Shown here in pieces: positions 1 to 14,350 of a DNA stretch of 64,000 nt (its first letter is position 1; each line of letters opens with the position of its first letter). Source of the DNA: Eledone cirrhosa (lineage: Eukaryota); the NCBI GenBank assembly GCA_964016885.1, contig CAXHJY010000568.1:1-64000 (forward strand), read 5' to 3'. The notes under the pieces are model-generated. The model did not search any database, was not told where the DNA came from, and worked only from the letters and a program-made list of their open reading frames with translations. Position numbers and translations under genes: made by a program.

Positions 1-3086
<3,086 letters not shown>

Positions 3087-3372
3087 GTAAAGTTATATTT
3101 AAAATTGTTGGGTTACAACTAGTAAATATTTATAACTGATATAAAAGCACTCGACAAATACTTGGAGTATATTTACAATATTAAATAAATGGAAAACTAT
3201 ATTTATAAAACCATATCTATTTCATTATATATATTTCGGGGATATCATATTAACAATATGCTATGCCTTCATCAGACAAAATACAATATAAACAGTTTTA
3301 TAGATAAATATATTCGACATACCGTAATAAACATCAACTTCATTTGAAGAGGTTCACTCTATTTAATATTGT
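3087..3372 (-). mobile_element. Penelope-like element terminal-repeat fragment in (TA)n
   Basis: AT-rich island carrying the hammerhead motif, flanked by (TA)n on both sides. Confidence 0.5.
3218..3283 (-). ncRNA. Type I hammerhead ribozyme motif (minimal, Penelope-like-element type)
   Basis: Minus strand: tattttgt-CTGATGA-aggcatagcatatt gtt aatatgatatcccc-GAAA-tatata-TA-atgaaata. Stem I is 8 bp with 2 GU pairs, stem II is an imperfect hairpin, and the stem III loop is palindromic. Confidence 0.7.
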
Positions 3373-3417
3373 ATATCTATATATATATATATATATATAT
3401 ATCTATATATATATATA

Positions 3418-3457
<40 letters not shown>

Positions 3458-3590
3458 CATATATATATATATATATATATATATCCATATATATATATAT
3501 ATATATCCATATATATATATATATATATATATTCATATATATATATATATATATATATATCCATATATATATATATATATATATATATAT

Positions 3591-3626
<36 letters not shown>

Positions 3627-3646
3627 ATATATATATATATATATAT

Positions 3647-3680
<34 letters not shown>

Positions 3681-3700
3681 ATATATATATATATATATAT

Positions 3701-3786
<86 letters not shown>

Positions 3787-3802
3787 ATATATATATATAT
3801 AT

Positions 3803-3836
<34 letters not shown>

Positions 3837-4137
3837 ATATATATATATATCCATATATATATATATCCATATATATATATATATATATATCCATATATAT
3901 ATATATCCATATATATATATATCCATATATATATATATATATATCCATATATATATATATCCATATATATATATATCCATATATATATATATATCCATAT
4001 ATATATATATATATATATATATCCACATATATATATATATATATATCCATATATATATATATATATATATCCATATATATATATATATATCCATATATAT
4101 ATATATATATATATATATATCTATATCTATATATATA

Positions 4138-4194
<57 letters not shown>

Positions 4195-4215
4195 ATATAT
4201 ATATCTATATATATA

Positions 4216-4250
<35 letters not shown>

Positions 4251-4278
4251 ATATATATATCTATATATATATATATAT

Positions 4279-4316
<38 letters not shown>

Positions 4317-4340
4317 ATATATATATCTATATATATATAT

Positions 4341-4380
<40 letters not shown>

Positions 4381-4830
4381 ATATATATATATATCCATAT
4401 ATATATATATCCATATATATATATATCCATATATATATATATCCATATATATATATCCATATATATATATATCCATATATATATATATCCATATATATAT
4501 ATATCCATATATATATATATATCCATATATATATATATATCCATATATATATATATCCATATATATATATATCCATATATATATATATCCATATATATAT
4601 ATATCCATATATATATATATCCATATATATATATATCCATATATATATATATCCATATATATATATCCATATATATCCATATATATATATATATCCATAT
4701 ATATATATATCCATATATATATATATCCATATATATATATATCCATATATATATATATCCATATATATATATATCCATATATATATATCCATATATATAT
4801 ATCCATATATATATATATATCCATATATAT
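3373..4830. repeat. Interrupted (TA)n array, becoming a regular 14-16 bp CCATATATATATAT unit at 4380-4830
   Basis: Direct reading. Confidence 0.97.
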
Positions 4831-5287
4831 AATCATTTCACATCTTTTAAATTTGCTTCTGACTTCCCACTTTTTATTCTACATATTTTCTTAATATTTA
4901 CAATATCTATAAATGTTTTTTTTTCTAAATACTAACCTACCCCCGAAATATTAAATCCTACTTTAGGCTACCTTCCATAAATCACCTCCCATATTCTATT
5001 CTACAAAGAATACTACTGTATAGAATTTCCTTCAATCCAGCAATTTATTTCTTGAAGTGTCTACTAAATTCGTTATAGTTTAGTGAAATCTTCTATAGTA
5101 TACTACTGAGCATATTTCCATAGTATAGTGCACATTGATATAGAATAGAGCATATTTACATAGTACACTGAGTGTAGTGCCCATTGATATAGTATAGGGC
5201 GTATATACATGGCATGGAAACATTTCATGTAGTATAGTGCAAGCACACACACACACTCACACATATGTGTATATGTGTGTGTGTATA

Positions 5288-5357
<70 letters not shown>

Positions 5358-5584
5358 GTATATGTGTGTATATATATATATATATGTATATATATGTATA
5401 TGTGTGTATATATATATGTATGTATATAAATGTATATGTGTGTATATATATATGTACATATTTATATATATATATGTATATATATGTATATGTGTGTATA
5501 TATATATATGTACATATTTATATATATATATATGTATATGTATATGTGTGTATATATATATATATGTACATTATATATATATAT

Positions 5585-5685
5585 ACGAGTAGGACCCTCG
5601 TTCCTATTACCCACTCTACTACCCTAAGTATTGAGTACTTTGGTGCGTTATGGTCCATCTGGTTCCTTACCACATTTCCTTTGTT
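5585..5685 (+). mobile_element. Short element (same family as 11751-11917, opposite strand) with a 12-bp inverted 5' piece
   Basis: ctcgttcctattacccactctactaccctaagtattg...gttccttac matches the reverse complement of 11751-11840; preceded by inverted acgagtaggacc; (TA)n flanks. Confidence 0.75.
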
Positions 5686-5702
5686 ATATATATATATATA
5701 TT

Positions 5703-5760
<58 letters not shown>

Positions 5761-5763
<3 letters not shown>

Positions 5764-7312
5764 TCATCATCATCATCATCATCGTTTAATGTCCATTTTC
5801 CCACACTAGCATGGGTTAGATGAGTTGTCCCATTGTGTGTCCAGTCTGGTCAGATGACCGTGTCTTGCTCATACAAAACCGTTTCTGATGTGGTTTCTAT
5901 GGCTGGATGTCCATCCTTACATCAACAATATTTACTGTGAGGACTGGCTGCTTTTTATCGTGGCACAAAAACAAGCCCTTTACAATGTGGACATGGCGCT
6001 TTTTGTTGTGTCACCAACACAACCACTTTACAGTGTGGACTGGGGACTTTTTGTTGTGGCACCAAAATTACTACTTTATGGTGCAGAAGGGTGCCTTTTG
6101 TCATGGTCCCAAAATGAGCACGTTACAATGTGAAATGGGCGGTTTTTGTTGCATCACCACCATGACCACTCTGCTCTTTTTTGTGTCACCATCCTCACCA
6201 CTCAATAGGGCAGACTGCGTGCCTTCTGTCATGCCACCATGACAACCTTACAGGGTGGTCAGGGTATTTATTTGTCATGTCACCCGCATGATGACCCTCC
6301 AGAAAGGGTTAGGTGCTCTTTTGTTATACAGGGAGGGCTAGGTGCTCTTTTGTTATATGAGCATCTTACATGGTGAACAAGAGGCTTTTGTTGTATCACC
6401 AGCATGACCACCCTACAGTGGGAATGTAGAATTTTTAGGCATTTCAGCAGCATTGTAGGAGATTGTGTTTAGCTTGCTATGCTTGTATGCATAGGTTGGT
6501 GACGAGAGGTGCATCAGATGTGGAAAGTTGGAGTGGGGATAGAAGAAGTAGATCTATGGTGGGGTACTTAGCTGGTGAAGGGTGGAGTCTTAAGACGTGG
6601 GAGGTGTATGGAAGGGGAGGGGTAGATGTTGTACATACTAGAGACGACTAGATGTTTGCTTCAACCTGTGTCCTTAGGAAAGTGGGTCTTCTGCAGTACT
6701 ACGTAACGTTAGAGATGTCATCGCCTTTGAGAGATGCAGTTGTATGAGATCATCTTTTATCACCCCATTACAGGTCTTCTTATGTCTTCCTCCTTCATAG
6801 CTTCCATCAAATTTGAGCACCCTGTACCCTTTTTATACAGCTGTCATCATTCATACACATCACATGACCATACCACTGCAATCTCCTCTCCTGCACACTG
6901 CATCTGATCCCTCTCATGCCCAGTTTCTCTCTCATTTGATTTACACATTGCTATTCATGTATATTACTATCACACACCCATCAGAGCATGCTTCATTTCA
7001 TTCCAGTCTTCACAGGTCCTCTACACACAGTGCCCAGGCCTCACTACCACGCAACATTGCTGTTTGTATACATGCATCATACAATTTGAGTGGAAAACTT
7101 ATTGTAGTTAGCAATAGAAGTAGCTGCTGAACTATTTCCATGTTGTTCTCACTCTGGCTACTGTATACCCCCCCCCCCCCCCCCCCACTGTTAATTTGGT
7201 CACCCAGGTAACAGGAGCTGTCAACTGCTTCTATAGAACCCTCTAAGAATTTGATAGAGTTTTTTTTCCTGAGAGCGTTTGCTACTTACTGCTCCTGTGC
7301 ATCAAACACATG
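5761..7312 (-). mobile_element. Old, decayed 5'-truncated RTE-clade LINE (3' UTR plus ORF C-terminus)
   Basis: (CAT)n tail; 3' UTR motif tttctatggctggatg; 6680-7310 is a degenerate homolog of the 14853-15520 coding region. Confidence 0.7.
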
Positions 7313-7424
7313 TACAACCTACGTTCTATGCTAGCATACACACACATACACATACATATATATGTATATAGGTGTGTATATACATTTAATACATTTATAT
7401 ATGTATATATGTGTGTGTATATTT

Positions 7425-7478
<54 letters not shown>

Positions 7479-7502
7479 CAAAGTTATCAAAGTTATACAT
7501 GA

Positions 7503-7533
<31 letters not shown>

Positions 7534-7553
7534 AATATATATATATATACATG

Positions 7554-7600
<47 letters not shown>

Positions 7601-7713
7601 GTGTACATATATATACATATGTGTGTGTATATATATATGTGTGTACATATATATATATATATATGTATACACACACATATATATTTATATATATATATAT
7701 ATGTATGTATATA

Positions 7714-8262
7714 TCGTCATCATCATTAATTGTCTTTTTTCCATGCTTGCATGGGTTAGACGGTATGTTATGTTATGAGACAAGTCACGTCCAGAGATCA
7801 CATCTTATTCATACGAGTCTGAATTCTGACTTGGTTTCTACAGCTGGCTGCCCTTCCTGACACCAACCATATTACTGGGTACTTTTTGTTATGTCACCAG
7901 CACAACCACCTTACAGGGCAGACAAGGGGCTTTTGTTGTTGTGGAACTTGATTAACATATGGGTTGGGCTTTGTGCTTTTTGTTACGGCACGGCATTGTG
8001 GGAGGTCAGCAGTCGAACATATGTGTGTGTGTATATATATATATACATACATATATATATATACACACACACATATATATATTGTTATATATATTCATTT
8101 CATTTTACGTCCGCTTTTTCCCTGCTTGCAAGGGTGGGATGGGAACTGATTCTGGCTTGATTTCTACAGCTGGATGCCCTTCCTAACACCAACCTCATAT
8201 ACAGTGAGTGCTGGGTGCTTTTTTGCCTTGGCACCTCCACGACCACTTTTGCAGTGGAATGA
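7714..8262 (-). mobile_element. Two RTE 3'-end fragments (7714-8015, 8096-8262) separated by (TA/CA)n
   Basis: ccatgcttgcatgggtt... and tttctacagctggatgcccttcctaacaccaacc motifs are shared with the RTE 3' UTR at 14350-14850. Confidence 0.65.
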
Positions 8263-8334
8263 TATGGACCCTAGTCCCTATCATCTCATTTCTACAGCTG
8301 AGTAAACTGGAGCAATGTGAAATATATATATATA

Positions 8335-9292
8335 CTAGCATTAAAGCCCGGCGTTGCTCGGGGTCATTAAGTTACCAAAGTTAGGTTGCACTACCCATTT
8401 TATGGCAGCACTTTTTTGTTTGCCAGGCACTGGGTGAATGAATTGCAGACCTGGAAGCAGGAGCTGCGCCAGCAGTGACAATTGTAGTTTTGCCTATGGA
8501 TATTATCTCTGTGCAAAAAAGTGTTGAAATTTATTGTTTCACAGTACTTGCGCAACACGCGCGTAGACGATGCCAGCCGAACAACAGAGCTGCGATGGAG
8601 TTGTTCTGCATGGTTGTCTGTGTGTTTTCTAAATTTAAGACAGTAGGGAGGGTTGTGATATGTGGGAGAGTTAGCTGTTGTTTCTAGCAGGTTTAATGAC
8701 CTCATAGAGGATATGTGTTTTCTAAATTTAAGACAGTAGGGAGTGGTGTGATATGGGGGAGAGTTAGCTGCTGTTTCTAGCAGGTTTAGTGACCTCATAG
8801 AGGATATTATTGTTTATCATTATCTATAAAAGGCAGATTGTTGTTGTTGTTGTTGAAGTGAGTGTGTGTTTGTATGCGTTTGGAAAAGAGGTTTTAAAAA
8901 AGATTTATCGCTTGTTGTTGAATAAATGTATCTGTATAAAAGAGAAAGTAGCAAAATGTGTGGGTTGTAGTTAGAGGTAAGCAGATGATATGAGAGAGTA
9001 AAACGGACAGTATCACCATCAAGCTTGGAAAGAGAAAGTAGCAGAAAGTATGAAGTTGTATAGATTTTGAATGGTAGTGGAAAGAGTTTAGCAGTTTAAA
9101 TGACAGAGAAAAATCGTAAAATATTGAGTTTTATCTATTTTTTGCGTAATTGTGGGTGAAATTGAAAAAATTAGATGTGCCAAGACGCAATCGAAGCTAT
9201 TTCGAATACTGAATTGTAAATTTCAATTGAAGAAATTCTATATCGTAGATTTCTATAAGAAAGGAGCATGACGACACACTGAGCTTTATAGA
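8335..9292 (-). mobile_element. Non-autonomous Helitron
   Basis: Minus-strand 3' end cccgagcaacgccggg hairpin + 8 nt + CTAG (8335-8338); probable 5' TC near 9292; internal ~96-bp tandem duplication at 8620-8806; same 3' end as 30038-30973. Confidence 0.75.
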
Positions 9293-9360
9293 TTATTATG
9301 ATGATATATGATATATGATATATATATATATAATATATAAATATATATATATATATATAT

Positions 9361-9560
9361 CTAAGGCGGGTAAAATTCCCGAGATCCATGGACGAGTTCT
9401 CTCCAGCGGTCTTTGTCCCTCATTATCACTGCCATGTCCTGCGTCTCCAACAGACCAGTGTCTGTCCTTAGGGCATCAACATACGTTAACCTTGGTCTTC
9501 CTCTTCTAGTGTGTCCATGTAGGGGCTCCCACAGCAGCACTGAGTACAATGTCAACTCTG
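9361..9560 (-). mobile_element. 3' terminal fragment of a second RTE-like LINE family
   Basis: Translates as [26 protein letters not shown]...[11 protein letters not shown], a typical RTE-type C-terminus (GRPR...W); stop codon abuts (TA)n. Confidence 0.75.
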
Positions 9561-9575
9561 GATGTATATGTATAC

Positions 9576-9692
<117 letters not shown>

Positions 9693-9698
9693 CATATG

Positions 9699-9730
<32 letters not shown>

Positions 9731-9790
9731 TTAAATATATATATATATGTATAATATATAAGATCAAAAGATGGTTAAATGAGTTCCATG

Positions 9791-9861
9791 TATTTTATTA
9801 TGCGCATTTCAAAAACAAATATCATCATGCAATAACATTTGTGTTTTCATCAAATAAAATA
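9791..9861 (-). ncRNA. Type I hammerhead ribozyme motif with a C3U core change
   Basis: Minus strand: tattttat-TTGATGA-aaacacaaatgttatt...atatttgttttt-GAAA-tgcgca-TA-ataaaata. Stem I is a perfect 8 bp and tgcgca is palindromic. Confidence 0.65.
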
Positions 9862-9961
9862 GGACATGATAGGAAGGTTAAAAAACACTTGTGGATAGTG
9901 CAGTTTTAAATCAACATATATTGTACTACAATAAAACTCACCTCCTACATATATATATATG

Positions 9962-9994
<33 letters not shown>

Positions 9995-10392
9995 GGTGGC
10001 ACCAACACAACTTTACATAGAACGGGCTGGCGTGGATGGGTGGGGGGTGGGACGGGGGGGGGGGGGTATTTTGTTAGATGCCTACTGGCTGTAGTGGGTT
10101 TTACTATGTATTTAGGTAAGGCGGGTCTTCTCTATTACTGAGTACCGCCAAAGGTCTCGGTCCAGTGACATTGTCTTGGAGAGGTGTAAGTGTGTGAGGT
10201 CGGAGTTTATCAGCTCGACCCAGGTTTTTCTAGGTCTGCCTATTCCGTGGCTACCGTCTATCTTTATTGCCCTGCACTTTGTTATACAGCTATCGACTTT
10301 CATGCGCATCATGTGTCCATACCAACGTAGCCTTCTCTCGAGTAAACAACATCTGATCCCTCTTATTTCTAATTTTTTCCTTAGTTCGTTTA
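9995..10392 (-). mobile_element. RTE LINE fragment (copy B): ORF C-terminus plus partial 3' UTR
   Basis: [25 protein letters not shown]...GRPRKTW...IEKTRLT is near-identical to the end of the ORF at 14853. Confidence 0.92.
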
Positions 10393-11750
<1,358 letters not shown>

Positions 11751-11917
11751 ACGAAGAAAATGTGTAAGGAACCAGGTGGACCACAACGCACCAAAGTACC
11801 CAATACTTAGGGTAGTAGAGTGGGTAATAGGAACGAGTAGGACCCCGACGGCTGAGCTCAAGCCATTTCGATGGCTAACAGCTTGCGCTCAGCCGTCGGG
11901 GTCCTACTCGTTCCTAT
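11751..11917 (-). mobile_element. Probable Penelope-like terminal fragment: 3' half of a hammerhead plus a 31-bp fold-back
   Basis: Perfect inverted repeat 11827-11857 / 11887-11917; minus strand gccatc-GAAA-tggct tgagctc agccg-TC-ggggtcc. Confidence 0.6.
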
Positions 11918-11956
11918 ATGTATATAAATATGTATATATATATATATATGTATATG

Positions 11957-12075
<119 letters not shown>

Positions 12076-12090
12076 GTACATATATGTATG

Positions 12091-12127
<37 letters not shown>

Positions 12128-12138
12128 GTATATATATG

Positions 12139-12172
<34 letters not shown>

Positions 12173-12182
12173 TGTATATATA

Positions 12183-13585
12183 TCATCATCATCATCATCA
12201 TCAGGTTTAGCGTCCGTGTTCCACGCTTGCATGGGTTTGGACGGGGGTTTTCCCACTTGAGGCAAGAGTGGTTGTCTTGCTCGCATAGGACTGTCTGGCG
12301 GGTTTTCTACAGTTGGATGCCCTTCCTAACACCAACCACATTTACAGTGTGGGGCTGGAGGTTTTTACCGTGTTGCCTACACGGCCACATTACAGCGTGG
12401 ACTGTCTGGCGGGTTTTCTACAGCTGGATGCCCTTCCTAACACCAACCACATTTACAGTGTGGGGCTGGGAGGTTTTTACCGTGTTGCCTACACGGCCAC
12501 ATTTACAGCGTGGACTGTGTGTTTTTTGTCGTGACACCTACACGATCTCATTTGTTTCGGCCTGGATGTTGTGGGACCAACATAACTTTACATTGAAAGG
12601 GGCGGTGTGGGTGGGGTGGAGGTGGTGGGACGGGGGTGTGTTTTGATAGAGGTGCCTACTGACTGTAGTAGGTTTTTACTTTGTATTTAGGTAAGGCGGG
12701 TCTTCTCTATTACTGAGTACCGCCAAAGGTCTCGGTCCAGTGACATTGTCTTGGAGAGGTGTAAGCGTGTGAGGTCGGAATTTATCAGCTCGTCCCATGT
12801 TTTTCTGGGTCTGCCTACTCCGTGGCTACCGTCTATCTTTATTGCCCTGCACTTTGTTATACAGCTGTCGTCTTTCATGCGCATCACGTGACCGTACCAA
12901 CGTAGCCTTCTCTCGAGTAAACAACATCTGATCCCTCTTATTTCTAATTTTTTCCTTAGTTCGTTTATGCTTTGCCGTTCACGTATATTACTATTGCACA
13001 TCCAGCGGAGCATGCAAGCTTCGTTCCTCTCTAGTCTGCGTATATCCTCTGCACACAATGCCCAGGTCTCACTGCCATGCAGCATTGCTGTTCGTATGCA
13101 GGCATCGTATAACCTGCCTTTCATTTTTAGGGAGAACCCTCTAGCGGCTAATAGTGGTATAAGCTCTCTGAACTTTTTCCATCCAGTTCTGACTCTAGCT
13201 ACTGTACTTTCAGAGCACCCTCCCCCACTGCTGATTTTGTCACCCAGATAACGGAAGCTGTCCACTATTTCTATAGAACCCTCTGCGCAGTTGAAGGAGC
13301 TAGTATTTTGTGGGCACTTGCTGCTACTTATTGCACCAGAGCACCGGCCACATGTAAAATCTATGTTCTTAGTTAGCTTACCTGTGATCCCACTACATCT
13401 TTTATGCACCCATACTTTGCATTTGGGACATAAAATGGAGTTTCTACCTACGCCTTTCCTACACACTGAGCATGGCCATTTCCCCGATGGGACCGCCGCC
13501 TTATTTCTTTCCTACAAACTAGAACTTTAGTCTTAGCCAGGTTAATTTTAAGGCCTTTTGATTCTAGGCTGTGCTTCCACGTTTG

Positions 13586-13589
<4 letters not shown>
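12183..13589 (-). mobile_element. RTE LINE, 5'-truncated (copy C)
   Basis: (CAT)n tail, ~500-bp 3' UTR, ORF 12687-13466 nearly identical to the C-terminus of copy D; frameshift near 13505. Confidence 0.95.
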
Positions 13590-13626
<37 letters not shown>

Positions 13627-13708
13627 TATATACATATATATATGTGTATATATATTTATATATTATATATAGAAAGATTTGAATGGATACAGTTTAGTTG
13701 AAAGGAAT

Positions 13709-13828
13709 TTATTGACACGTGTTTCTATAACAGTTACATAACCTAAAACAGCTGCTATCTACAAACTTTTAGTTATGCAGACATTCAATATTTCAATGTT
13801 ATTATTTACTGTCATTTCATCAGAATAA
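13709..13828 (-). ncRNA. Mirror copy of the same hammerhead on the opposite strand
   Basis: Reverse complement of 13919-14037 (tcatcag at 13817-13823; gacacgtgtttc at 13714-13725). Confidence 0.72.
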
Positions 13829-13918
13829 TATTACTGAGGACCTATTTAGTTTTTATAGAGAATATTAGGAGGGAGGGGTGAATATTCTCTATAAAAACTA
13901 AATAGGTCCTCAGTAATA

Positions 13919-14037
13919 TTATTCTGATGAAATGACAGTAAATAATAACATTGAAATATTGAATGTCTGCATAACTAAAGTTTGTAGATAGCAGCTGTTT
14001 TAGGTTATGTAACTGTTATAGAAACACGTGTCAATAA
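13919..14037 (+). ncRNA. Type I hammerhead ribozyme motif with a long stem II insertion
   Basis: ttatt-CTGATGA(13924-13930)-a-atgacagt...actgttat-a-GAAAC-acgt-GTC(14030-14032)-aataa; acacgtgt is palindromic. Confidence 0.75.
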
Positions 14038-14187
14038 ATTCCTTTCAACTAAACTGTATCCATTCAAATCTTTCTATTTTTCTCCGGATTACTTTTGGAA
14101 CTACAACTGGAACCGTCGAGCAAACTCTACGTGAGCTGGTAATCTACTGTGTGTAATATTTATATTACAACACAACGGAAAATACTG

Positions 14188-14221
<34 letters not shown>

Positions 14222-14233
14222 TACGTATATATA

Positions 14234-14299
<66 letters not shown>

Positions 14300-14319
14300 T
14301 ACGTATATATATATATGTG

Positions 14320-14349
<30 letters not shown>

Positions 14350-14350
<1 letters not shown>

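Larger units (their letters stand above)
13669..14190 (+). mobile_element. Penelope-like element terminal repeat with an inverted (fold-back) 5' copy
   Basis: ~198-bp inverted repeat 13669-13866 / 13881-14077 (one 1-bp indel, 14-bp purine spacer). Each arm carries a hammerhead; the + arm continues ~110 bp to (TA)n. Confidence 0.75.
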
